A stretch of 64,000 nt of DNA, taken from assembly GCA_039591655.1 (NCBI GenBank), contig JBDHDE010000001.1:58031-122030 (forward strand), given 5' to 3'. Below the pieces are notes generated by a model. It saw only the letters and a list, made by a program, of their open reading frames with translations, ran no database searches and was not told the DNA's origin. Source of the DNA: Gemmatimonadota bacterium. GTDB lineage: Bacteria; Gemmatimonadota; Gemmatimonadetes; Gemmatimonadales; GWC2-71-9. The position numbers were made by a program, and so were the translations under genes. This document shows, piece after piece, positions 19,268-27,625 of this stretch; the stretch's first letter is position 1; each line of letters begins with the position of its first letter.

Positions 19268-20214
19268 GTCCCCTGGTCCTCCGTGTACGCGCGAATGATC
19301 TCCTTCACGAGACGGTGCCGTACCACGTCGCGTTCGTCCAGGTAGCAGAAGGCGACGCCATCGATTCCGGGGAGGATGCGCTCCACCTGTATCAGGCCCG
19401 ATTCCTCGCGGAGCGGGAGGTCTATCTGGGTCTTGTCACCGGCAATGACCGCCCGCGAGTTCAGGCCTAGCCGAGTCAGGAACATCTTCATCTGCATGCC
19501 GCTTACGTTCTGTGCCTCGTCGAGGATGACGAACGCGTCCTGGAGCGTCCGGCCCCGCATGTAGCCCAACGGTGCAATCTCGATCGTCCGCGTCTCCAGC
19601 GCCCGCTGAATCCGGTCCAGGGGCATCATGTCCTCCAGGGCATCGTACAGAGGACGCAGGTAGGGATCGACCTTCGCCTGGAGGTCCCCCGGCAGGAATC
19701 CCAACCGCTCCCCCGCCTCCACCGCCGGACGGGCAAGCACGAGGCGCCGTACGTGCTTCCGGGTGAGGGCCTCGACCCCCATCGCCACGGCGAGATAGGT
19801 TTTGCCGGTGCCGGCGGGCCCCACGCTGATCACGATCTCGCTCTCTCGCATGGCCTCGACGTACTGGCGCTGTCCCGCCGTCTTCGGCTGTACCGCCCGC
19901 CGGGCGCCGGGAAGCAGGATCTTGAGATTCCCGTTGGCCAGGTGGGCGTCCTTGCCGCCGTCGGCCACCAGTCGCCTCACGTCCTCGGCGTTGAGCGTCT
20001 CGCCGAGACGGGCGAGATCGACCATCGCGGTTGCCGCGCGGGTAGCGCGCTCCACCGCGTCGAGCTCTCCGGACAACGTGCACTGCTCGCCGCGTACCGA
20101 GACCTGCACCCCGGTAGCCTCCTCGAGCTCCCGCAGGTTGGAGTCATTGACGCCTGCCAGGGTGAGGGGGTCGGCACCTTCGGTCGAAATGCGGTGCACC
20201 ACTTCCTTGCTCAT
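19264..20214 (-). CDS. phoH: PhoH family ATPase (YbeZ)
   Basis: Motifs GPAGTGKT, RPAVEAGERLGFLPGD, YMRGRT, LDEAQN. Confidence 0.93.
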   Translation of the reverse strand: MSKEVVHRISTEGADPLTLAGVNDSNLRELEEATGVQVSVRGEQCTLSGELDAVERATRAATAMVDLARLGETLNAEDVRRLVADGGKDAHLANGNLKILLPGARRAVQPKTAGQRQYVEAMRESEIVISVGPAGTGKTYLAVAMGVEALTRKHVRRLVLARPAVEAGERLGFLPGDLQAKVDPYLRPLYDALEDMMPLDRIQRALETRTIEIAPLGYMRGRTLQDAFVILDEAQNVSGMQMKMFLTRLGLNSRAVIAGDKTQIDLPLREESGLIQVERILPGIDGVAFCYLDERDVVRHRLVKEIIRAYTEDQGT

Positions 20215-21986
20215 GCGTTATCGACCTTCAGCGCGAGCTCGCTGAGCTCGGCCGCATTCAGGACCGTGGGAGCGTCCTCGAACAGCGCACGCGCCGCCGT
20301 CGTCTTCGGGAACGCGATCACGTCGCGCAGGTTCTCGACCCCCGCCAGCAACATCGCCACGCGATCGAACCCCACGGCGAACCCCCCGTGAGGCGGCGCT
20401 CCGGCACGGAGCGCGCGCAGCAGGAAGCCGAAGCGGCGCTCCGCTTCCGCCTGGGAGATCCCCAGCAGATCGAACACCAGCAGCTGGATCTCGGGATCGG
20501 TGATTCGGATGGATCCGCTGCCCAGCTCATGGCCATTGTAGACCAGGTCGTAGTGTAACGCGCGAACACCCAGCCGCTCGCCGGCCCTGAGCTGATCGAC
20601 GTCGTCGGGATGCGGTGCCGTAAATGGGTGATGCGCCACCAACCAGCTGTCGGACCCGGCGTCCCACTCGAACAGGGGGAACTGCTCGACCCACGCGAAG
20701 GCATGCGCGGCGGTGGCAACGGGCTTCAGGCGCCCGATGACTCCGCGACGGACCAGGTCCAAGGCCGGTGAGGTCACGTGGTCGGGTCCCGCCGTAACCA
20801 GGAGCAGCGCTCCATCTTCGAGCTCGGCGGCAGCCGCGCTCACGCCGTCGAGCTTGGCCAGCGGTCCCGTGAGCTGTCCATTGTGGTGCTTGAGAGTGGC
20901 GAGCCCCCCGGCGCCAACCTCCTTGGCGAGACCGGTCAGGGCATCCACATCCTTGCGGGACAACGCGGCCCCGCCAGGTATGCACAGGCCCCGCACCCGA
21001 CCGCCGTCTGCCACGGCGTCATCGAAGGCCCGAAAGCCCCGGCCACCGAGGAGACCGGTCAGGTCGCTGAGGGGGAACCCGTAGCGCAGGTCGGGCTTGT
21101 CCGTGCCGTAGCGCTCCATCGCATCGGCGAATGCCAGCCGCTCAAACGGCGCCGACACCTGGTGCCCCGCCTCCTCCCACAGGCCCGGGAAGAGCGTCTC
21201 CAACACCCCGTACACGTCCTCGGGTGCAACGAACGACGCTTCGATATCGATCTGGGTGAACTCCGGTTGCCGGTCGGCCCGCAGATCCTCGTCCCGGAAA
21301 CAGCGGGCCAGCTGGAAGTACCGATCGAACCCCGCCACCATGAGAAGCTGCTTGTAGAGTTGGGGCGACTGCGGCAGCGCATAGAACTGGCCGCGGTGCA
21401 CCCGTGACGGCACCAGGAAGTCCCTGGCGCCCTCTGGCGTCGGCTTCGTCAGAATGGGCGTCTCGATCTCGTAGAAGTCGAGAGCAGTGAGGGTGGCTCG
21501 CGCCCGTTGGAGCAACCGATGGCGCAGGGCGAAGTTGCGCTGCAGATCGGGCCGCCGAAGATCCAGGTGCCGGTGCAGCAGCCGCAGCTCCTCGCCAGGC
21601 AACTCCTCCCCCTTGGTGCGCCATACGGGGATCGGCAACGCCTCCAGTGCGGCCGGGCCGACGACCTCGAGTTGGTCTGCGTGCACCTCTACCTCGCCGG
21701 TCGCCATATCGGGATTCAGGGCTTCCGCCGGCCGGGGGGCGACCTCTCCGCCCACCAGGATCACGGACTCGGTCGTCACCGCCGTCGCCTGCTCGATGAC
21801 CTCCGGCGGACTCCAGTCCGGTCCGAATGCGACCTGCACGATCCCGTCGCGGTCGCGCAGATCCAGGAAGATCAGCCCGCCGAGATCGCGCCGGCGGTGG
21901 ATCCAGCCGCCGAGCTTCACGCGCGAGCCGACATGGGACGCGCGGAGAGCACCGCAGCGGTGTGTGCGCATGGCAGTGGCGGTCAT
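20211..21986 (-). CDS. aspS: Aspartate--tRNA ligase
   Basis: Motifs MRTHRCG, RRDLGG, TPEGARDF, LPQSPQ, FRDEDLRADRQPEFTQ, GAPPHGG, FPKT. Confidence 0.97.
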   Translation of the reverse strand: MTATAMRTHRCGALRASHVGSRVKLGGWIHRRRDLGGLIFLDLRDRDGIVQVAFGPDWSPPEVIEQATAVTTESVILVGGEVAPRPAEALNPDMATGEVEVHADQLEVVGPAALEALPIPVWRTKGEELPGEELRLLHRHLDLRRPDLQRNFALRHRLLQRARATLTALDFYEIETPILTKPTPEGARDFLVPSRVHRGQFYALPQSPQLYKQLLMVAGFDRYFQLARCFRDEDLRADRQPEFTQIDIEASFVAPEDVYGVLETLFPGLWEEAGHQVSAPFERLAFADAMERYGTDKPDLRYGFPLSDLTGLLGGRGFRAFDDAVADGGRVRGLCIPGGAALSRKDVDALTGLAKEVGAGGLATLKHHNGQLTGPLAKLDGVSAAAAELEDGALLLVTAGPDHVTSPALDLVRRGVIGRLKPVATAAHAFAWVEQFPLFEWDAGSDSWLVAHHPFTAPHPDDVDQLRAGERLGVRALHYDLVYNGHELGSGSIRITDPEIQLLVFDLLGISQAEAERRFGFLLRALRAGAPPHGGFAVGFDRVAMLLAGVENLRDVIAFPKTTAARALFEDAPTVLNAAELSELALKVDNA

Positions 21987-22195
21987 TGGTCGCTCAGCCT
22001 AGACGGTGTACGCCGTGCACGAGACGCGGTGGGACGTCGTTGGGTTGCCGGCACCGCCTGGGCGCGCAGCCGGATGCGCGGCGGGTGGGCTGCTCGCCTG
22101 AGGCCGTCTGTTGATGGGAACGCTGGTCGATGTTGGTATCGTCAAGTCGCTCGTTCGCCGCGACGTAGAGGTCGCCCAAGTACCGTTGCTGATTG

Positions 22196-22224
22196 AACAT
22201 AATGGCCCCCTAGGGGGGCAGCAA
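22196..22224 (-). promoter_or_regulatory. Candidate sigma70 promoter for the aspS operon (TTGCTG-N17-TATGTT)
   Basis: -35 at 22219-22224, -10 at 22196-22201. Confidence 0.5.
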
Positions 22225-22232
22225 GCGGCGCC

Positions 22233-22262
22233 TTGACACCTCCCCGGGGCGCGGCGAACCTT
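22233..22262 (+). promoter_or_regulatory. Candidate promoter (TTGACA, weak -10) for the leaderless gene at 22268
   Basis: Perfect -35 at 22233-22238; GAACCT at 22256-22261; GTG 6 nt later. Confidence 0.4.
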
Positions 22263-22267
22263 TCCCC

Positions 22268-23173
22268 GTGCGATCCACCGCCCCCTGGGCGCTCCTCGTT
22301 CTCAGCCTGCTCGGAGCCCGGCTGGAGGCCCAAGCCCCTGCTGCCGCCGATCTGTGGCGGGTCACCACGACCTCTCTCACCAGGCCCGCCGCGCTCCAGT
22401 CCGGCACGATAGGCGTATTCTGGAACCCGGCGCCCGGTCCAGCGCCCGGGGGACTCGGGTTGGGGCTGGAGATGACCCAGACGCCGGATGTCCTGGGGCT
22501 GAGCGGGTTCATCGGCGGCGCCGGGTACTCCCCGTGGAAGCCGGTCCAGGTAGGGGTCATCGTCGGCCTAATGCAGGTACGCGACCTCGTTCGTACCACG
22601 ACCTCCCCCAACAGTCAGGACGGGTCGATCCCGGTGCACGAGCTCGTCGTCGGCGCGAACCTGGGCGCCCGCTCACCCATCGTCCAGGGCGGGGTGCTCC
22701 TGGCGCTGCACAGCCAGCGGTTCGACGTGCTCGAGGCGAGCGGTTGGACGCTGGACGCCGGCGTGAAGCTGACGCCCCACCCACGGCTGCGCCTGGCCGC
22801 GGCGACTCATTTCCTCCCCATCGATTTCAGCCGGACGCACACGACGGACTACTACTTGGGGGTCGAGTACGTGGTCGGCGATTCGCTGGTGGTAGCCGGC
22901 ATCGTCACCCGGGTCGCTCTGTCGTACGGTGCAACGTATCCCGGGTCGGGAGACTGGGAGCACACGCTGGCCGGAGGACTCCAGGTGGGTAGCGCGGTCC
23001 TGATCAGCGCCGCGCTCACGAGTGAGTCCGCATACGGTGAGCGGTCCTTCCGCGCCGGCCTCGGCGTCGAGCTCTTCATCGGCCGCTACGACATCGAGGC
23101 GGCGCTGGGCAGCGGCATGAACGACATCGGGCCCACCTATCGCGTCGGAATCGACGCCCGACTGCTGCAGTGA
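22268..23173 (+). CDS. Exported protein, probable outer-membrane beta-barrel (FadL/PorV-like)
   Basis: Sec signal ending LEA-QA, VFWNPA motif, amphipathic beta-strand pattern, C-terminal YRVGIDARL. Confidence 0.6.
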   Translation: MRSTAPWALLVLSLLGARLEAQAPAAADLWRVTTTSLTRPAALQSGTIGVFWNPAPGPAPGGLGLGLEMTQTPDVLGLSGFIGGAGYSPWKPVQVGVIVGLMQVRDLVRTTTSPNSQDGSIPVHELVVGANLGARSPIVQGGVLLALHSQRFDVLEASGWTLDAGVKLTPHPRLRLAAATHFLPIDFSRTHTTDYYLGVEYVVGDSLVVAGIVTRVALSYGATYPGSGDWEHTLAGGLQVGSAVLISAALTSESAYGERSFRAGLGVELFIGRYDIEAALGSGMNDIGPTYRVGIDARLLQ

Positions 23174-24234
23174 ACCTGCTGGACCTGGCTCCCCAGGAAG
23201 CGGTCCGGCAGATCGAGCGCTGGGTCGCGAAGCAGGGCGAGCCAGAATATCGAGCGCGGCAGATCGCGCCGCGGCTGTGGCAGCGTCCGGTCGCGGCGTG
23301 GCATGAGGCCACGGAGCTCCCGACGGCCCTGCGCTCTGCCCTCGCCGCCGCGTTTCCGCTTGCCCGGCCCGTGGAAGCTGCACGCCAGGTCTCCGGCGAC
23401 GGAACCATCAAGTTCCTGTGGCAATTCGAGGATCGCGGCGCCGTGGAGTCGGTGCTCATTCCCGAGGGAAGGCGCCGCACCCTCTGCATCTCCACCCAGG
23501 CGGGCTGCGCCTTCGGGTGCACTTTCTGCGCGACGGGCCGCATGGGCTTCCTCCGCCACCTGGCACCCTGGGAGATCGTCGCTCAGGTGCGCGAGATGTC
23601 CCTCGATCCCGCGCTCGGCAAGCCCAGCAACGTGGTCTTCATGGGAATGGGCGAGCCGCTCCACAACTGGAAGGCCGTGGACCGCGCACTCACCATCTTG
23701 AACGACGAGGGGGGACTCGGTATCGGGGCGCGGCACATCACGGTCAGCACGGTGGGGATCGTGCCACGGCTGCGGGACCTCGCCCGGCGGCCGGAGCAGT
23801 TCCGCGTGGCGCTGTCGCTCCACGCCCCCAGCAGCGAGCAGCGGTTGCTCCTGATGCCGGTGGAGCGGAAGTACCCCCTCTCCGATGTGCTGGACGTGCT
23901 GCGGCGCTTCCCGCGGCGCGTCACGTTCGAGTACGTGATGATCAGGGGGGTGAACGACTCCGAGACCAGCGCCCTCGAGCTGGCGCGGCATGCCCGCGCG
24001 TTGGGCGCGCTGGTGAACCTCCTTGCGCTGCATCCGGGGGGCGCACCGGAGCTCGAGCCGACGCCGCAAGAGGAGATCCGGCGCTTTGCGGCGCTGCTCG
24101 AAGGTCAGGGTGTGAGCGTGACGGTCCGCAAGAGCCGCGGCCTGGATATCAGTGCCGCCTGCGGCCAGTTACGGACCGAAGTGGACCAGGGGCGCGACGT
24201 CGCTCCCCAGAAACACGCTGGCATCGAGGAGTAG
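23170..24234 (+). CDS. rlmN: Dual-specificity RNA methyltransferase RlmN (radical SAM)
   Basis: Motifs CISTQAGCAFGCTFCATG, FMGMGEP, SLHAP, FEYV, DISAACGQL. Confidence 0.95.
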   Translation: MNLLDLAPQEAVRQIERWVAKQGEPEYRARQIAPRLWQRPVAAWHEATELPTALRSALAAAFPLARPVEAARQVSGDGTIKFLWQFEDRGAVESVLIPEGRRRTLCISTQAGCAFGCTFCATGRMGFLRHLAPWEIVAQVREMSLDPALGKPSNVVFMGMGEPLHNWKAVDRALTILNDEGGLGIGARHITVSTVGIVPRLRDLARRPEQFRVALSLHAPSSEQRLLLMPVERKYPLSDVLDVLRRFPRRVTFEYVMIRGVNDSETSALELARHARALGALVNLLALHPGGAPELEPTPQEEIRRFAALLEGQGVSVTVRKSRGLDISAACGQLRTEVDQGRDVAPQKHAGIEE

Positions 24235-24576
24235 CCGCTCGTCGGGCTGCCACACGGCCCGTCCCACGCCCAGTGCCCTCCGGATCCGGGCTGCCAACTC
24301 CAACTCGCCTCGGCGCACTGCGATGACGGTCTCTTGCAGTGTGTCCATCGCCGCGGTGCCGAAGTAGACCACGTCGATCCCGGCGTGCCGCAGCTGGCGG
24401 GTGGTTGCCCGGGCCAGCCCGTCGATGCCGGTGGCGTTGAGCACTTCGACGGTGATGCGCTCGCCCTCCCCGGGGATCGGGTACCGGCCCCGATCGCGCA
24501 TCGCCAGGTGCCAGGCGAACCATGCGCCGGCGGTGACGGCCGCCCCGACCGCCAGCACCGTCAGGATTCTTCGCAT
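24169..24576 (-). CDS. LytR C-terminal domain-containing membrane-anchored protein
   Basis: N-terminal TM helix, then VEVLNATGIDGLA ... VFLGSD (LytR_C pattern). Start ATG 24576. Confidence 0.82.
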   Translation of the reverse strand: MRRILTVLAVGAAVTAGAWFAWHLAMRDRGRYPIPGEGERITVEVLNATGIDGLARATTRQLRHAGIDVVYFGTAAMDTLQETVIAVRRGELELAARIRRALGVGRAVWQPDERLLLDASVFLGSDVAPLVHFGP

Positions 24577-25133
24577 ACGAGGGCGTTCCAGAACGCCACC
24601 GTCTCTGGAAGCAGCCGATGGCCTGCCGCGATGGTGAGTCCCAGCCGCTCGGCGGCGACGGCTCTGAGTATCCCCGCCGGATCCTGCGGCACCCGCCTGG
24701 CTAGCTGCGCGCGCCGGCCCCGATCCTTGCCGCGTTCTGGCTCCAGGTAGTCGGCGAGGTAGAGCATCCGTCCGACGCGGCCCCACCCCGCGTACCCGAC
24801 CGAGTGATACCGCACCGCGTCGAGCACTTCGCGATCACGCTCTCCGTCGCGCTCGGCCATGGCCGCTGCCGCGGGGCCATGACGCAGGCTGTCGCTGTCC
24901 CATGCCTCGGGAGCGAGCTCGCGCAGGACGCGCTTCGGGGCGTCCTTTAGGGCGTCGTGCAGGCTCACCGTCCTGAGCCAGAGGGCGCGCTCGCCGTCGG
25001 GAACCGCTAGCTCGGCCGCCCATTCCACCATCAACCGCGCCACACGCTCGATGTGGGCCACGCGCTTCTCGCTCACCTGGGCCCACGAAGGGAGGGCGAG
25101 CCCGTCCACTTCCCCCCGCCGGTCGGCGCTCAC
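24561..25133 (-). CDS. HD-domain hydrolase, YqeK-like (Ap4A hydrolase family)
   Basis: Motifs HIERV, LHDALK, HGPAAA, YHSVG, YLADYLEPER. Confidence 0.82.
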   Translation of the reverse strand: MSADRRGEVDGLALPSWAQVSEKRVAHIERVARLMVEWAAELAVPDGERALWLRTVSLHDALKDAPKRVLRELAPEAWDSDSLRHGPAAAAMAERDGERDREVLDAVRYHSVGYAGWGRVGRMLYLADYLEPERGKDRGRRAQLARRVPQDPAGILRAVAAERLGLTIAAGHRLLPETVAFWNALVCEES

Positions 25134-26005
25134 GCCGGCACGCGGATGTCGCCTGCCGTTCCGTCGCCCAAGACGATGTTGTCGATGAGGCGTGCGTCGC
25201 CCAAGCGGGCGGCGACTGCCACGATGCTCGAGGCTGCGACAGTGGCGGCGGGGGCGAGATTCTCCGGGTCCACGACTTCCAGGTACTCGAGGGCGAAGCG
25301 GGCCTCAGCCTCGATGGGCGCTCGGGCAGCGCGAAGCAAGCGGTCCCGGCTGCGCTCGCCCGCCCGAAATGCTTCATGAGCGGCCTCCAGGCCACGCGCC
25401 AAGGCCGGCGCCACCCGACGGTCCTCCGGACTCAGGTAGGCGTTGCGCGAGCTCATGGCCAGGCCGTCGGGCTCCCGCACCGTGGGGGCGACGTCGATCT
25501 CCACGGGCAGGTTCAGATCCGAGACCATGCGGCGAATCGCGATAGCCTGCTGGGCGTCTTTGCGCCCGAAGACTGCGACGTCGGGCTCGACGATGTTGAA
25601 CAGCTTCATCACGATGGTCAGCACGCCCTCGAAATGCCCCGGACGAGTGGCACCGCAAAGATTCTCGCCCAGTGAGCCCGGGACCACGCGGACCACCGCC
25701 GGCGCCGGATACATTGCCGCCTCGTCTGGAACGAACAAGCAGTCGGCGCCCCGGGCCCGCGCGGCTGCGCGGTCGCGTTCCAGGTCGCGGGGGTACGCGG
25801 CGAGGTCTTCCCGGGGGCCGAACTGGATCGGGTTCACGAAGATGCTCACGACCAGCTGGTCGGCGCGCTCTCTCGCTCGATCGATGAGTGTCAGGTGACC
25901 GGTATGGAGGTAGCCCATCGTGGGGACGAGCCCCACGGAGCGGCCCCCGGCGCGCTCGCCGCGGGACCACTTGCGCATGGCATCGAGATCGGCGATCTCG
26001 ATCAC
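25130..26005 (-). CDS. panC: Pantoate--beta-alanine ligase
   Basis: Motifs VPTMGYLHTGH, FVNPIQF, RPGHFEGV, GRKDAQQ, LAMSSRN, RLIDN. Confidence 0.96.
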   Translation of the reverse strand: MIEIADLDAMRKWSRGERAGGRSVGLVPTMGYLHTGHLTLIDRARERADQLVVSIFVNPIQFGPREDLAAYPRDLERDRAAARARGADCLFVPDEAAMYPAPAVVRVVPGSLGENLCGATRPGHFEGVLTIVMKLFNIVEPDVAVFGRKDAQQAIAIRRMVSDLNLPVEIDVAPTVREPDGLAMSSRNAYLSPEDRRVAPALARGLEAAHEAFRAGERSRDRLLRAARAPIEAEARFALEYLEVVDPENLAPAATVAASSIVAVAARLGDARLIDNIVLGDGTAGDIRVPA

Positions 26006-26817
26006 GCGTCGTAGGCGTGGCTGTCGTCCGGGTACCGTCCCTCGCGGACGTCCGCCCCGAACGCACGCACCGCGCCCCTCACGGTCTCGGCCAGCTCGGC
26101 GTACCGCTTGAGGAATCTTGGCTCGAACCCCTCGTTGAGCCCCAGCATGTCGTGCAGCACCAGAACCTGGCCGTCGCAGTGCGGGCCCGAGCCGATCCCG
26201 ATGGTGGGAATGCTGACTGCCTCGGTGACCTGACGCGCTGCATCGGACGGCATCAGCTCCAGCACGATGGAGAACGCACCCGCCTCCTCCAGCGCCCGGG
26301 CATCGGCTACGATGCGTGCCGTCGCGTCCGCTCCCCTTCCCTGGACCCGGTAGCCTCCGAGGGCATGCATCGACTGCGGGGTGAACCCGAGGTGACCCAT
26401 CACCGGGATGCCGATCTCCACGAGGGCCCGAATGGTCGGCGCCATCGGCGCGCCGCCTTCCAGCTTGACCGCCTGCACGCCGGTCTCCTTCAGTACGCGG
26501 CCGGCACTGCGCTTGGCATCCTCCACGGAGATCTGATAGCTCATGAACGGCATGTCCACGGCAACCAGGGCGTGGCGCACGCCGGCGCGCACGATGCGTC
26601 CATGGTAGATCATCTGGTCCAGCGTAGCCGACAGGGTCGTCTCTTCCCCGCAGAGCACGGTGTTGAGCGAGTCCCCCACCAGCACGACGTCGACCCCCGC
26701 CTCGTCGACCAGTGCGGCAAACAGGGCATCGTACGCCGTGAGCATCACGATCCGGCGCTTATCGCGCTTCATCTGCGCGAGGCCCACCACGGTTACCGCC
26801 TTGCGCTCACCCGACAT
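26002..26817 (-). CDS. panB: 3-methyl-2-oxobutanoate hydroxymethyltransferase
   Basis: Motifs MLTAYD, LVGDS, DMPF, VKLEGG, GHLGFTPQ, GQVLVLHD. Confidence 0.96.
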   Translation of the reverse strand: MSGERKAVTVVGLAQMKRDKRRIVMLTAYDALFAALVDEAGVDVVLVGDSLNTVLCGEETTLSATLDQMIYHGRIVRAGVRHALVAVDMPFMSYQISVEDAKRSAGRVLKETGVQAVKLEGGAPMAPTIRALVEIGIPVMGHLGFTPQSMHALGGYRVQGRGADATARIVADARALEEAGAFSIVLELMPSDAARQVTEAVSIPTIGIGSGPHCDGQVLVLHDMLGLNEGFEPRFLKRYAELAETVRGAVRAFGADVREGRYPDDSHAYDA

Positions 26818-27226
26818 GGGAGGCTAGCTCCGCGAGCTCTCGCTGCCAGAACGGTCGGTTCGACAGTTCCGGATGGGGGATCTCGAGCTGGGGTTCCCGC
26901 ACCTCGCGTTCGCCATAGCGCACGATATCGAGGTCGAGGGTACGCGCTCCCCAGCGCTCCCGACGCTCCCTCCCTGCCTCTCGCTCGATGCGCCGGCACG
27001 CCGCGAGCAGCTCCCGCGGGGTGAGGACGGTCTTCAGCAGAACCATCTGGTTCAGATACGGTCCCTGCGGAACGGGCCCGATGGGCTCGGTCTCCTCCAC
27101 CGCGCTGGCGGCGGTGAGCTCCGTGCGTGGCAGCTCTGCCAGTCGGTCCCGCGCGAGCGCGAGCGCCGCTGCTCGATCCCCGAGGTTCGAGCCGAGCGCC
27201 ACAAAGACCCACTCACTCACCGTCAC
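26807..27226 (-). CDS. folK: 2-amino-4-hydroxy-6-hydroxymethyldihydropteridine diphosphokinase
   Basis: Motifs ALGSNLGDR, YLNQ, RWGARTLDLDI, IPHP. Confidence 0.95.
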   Translation of the reverse strand: MTVSEWVFVALGSNLGDRAAALALARDRLAELPRTELTAASAVEETEPIGPVPQGPYLNQMVLLKTVLTPRELLAACRRIEREAGRERRERWGARTLDLDIVRYGEREVREPQLEIPHPELSNRPFWQRELAELASHVG

Positions 27227-27588
27227 CCGCCCCGCTCCAGCACTACCTCGACGTGATCCAGTGGTCCACTGATCGGGGCGTGCGGCTTTCGCGCGGCTAC
27301 CCGCACACGCTCCACCCGCGCCAGCCCCAGGGCCCGGTCCGCAATCTTGGCGCAGAGGGCCTCGAGCAGCTGGTGGTGACTCGTGCCGACCGTGTCGGCC
27401 ACCAGTGTGTAGAGGTCGCGATAGTCCAACAGGTCGCTGGGGGAATCCGTCTGGCCCACGCTCTCCAGAGAGAGCCAGATGGTCAGGTCGAGCTCGAGAG
27501 GTTGCGGCACCGACTCCTCATGGGGTAGCAAGCCCACGAGGGTGTGAAACCGCATTCCTTTGAGGGTGATGCTGTCTCGCGACGACAC
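27223..27588 (-). CDS. folB: Dihydroneopterin aldolase
   Basis: Motifs ITLKGMRFH..G...E, LDY, LLEAL, RKPHAP. Confidence 0.92.
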   Translation of the reverse strand: MSSRDSITLKGMRFHTLVGLLPHEESVPQPLELDLTIWLSLESVGQTDSPSDLLDYRDLYTLVADTVGTSHHQLLEALCAKIADRALGLARVERVRVAARKPHAPISGPLDHVEVVLERGG

Positions 27589-27595
27589 AAAGCCA

Positions 27596-27625
27596 ATGGT
27601 ACCCCTGAGTGGGGCTAGCTGTCAA
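27596..27625 (-). promoter_or_regulatory. Sigma70 promoter TTGACA-N18-TACCAT, 7 nt upstream of the folB GTG (leaderless)
   Basis: -35 at 27620-27625, -10 at 27596-27601. Confidence 0.65.

Noticed and set aside
21987..22190. T-box riboswitch upstream of aspS
   Set aside because: No TGGNACC antiterminator motif (only CCCACCGCG), no terminator with a U-tract, and no recognisable AG/GA motifs.
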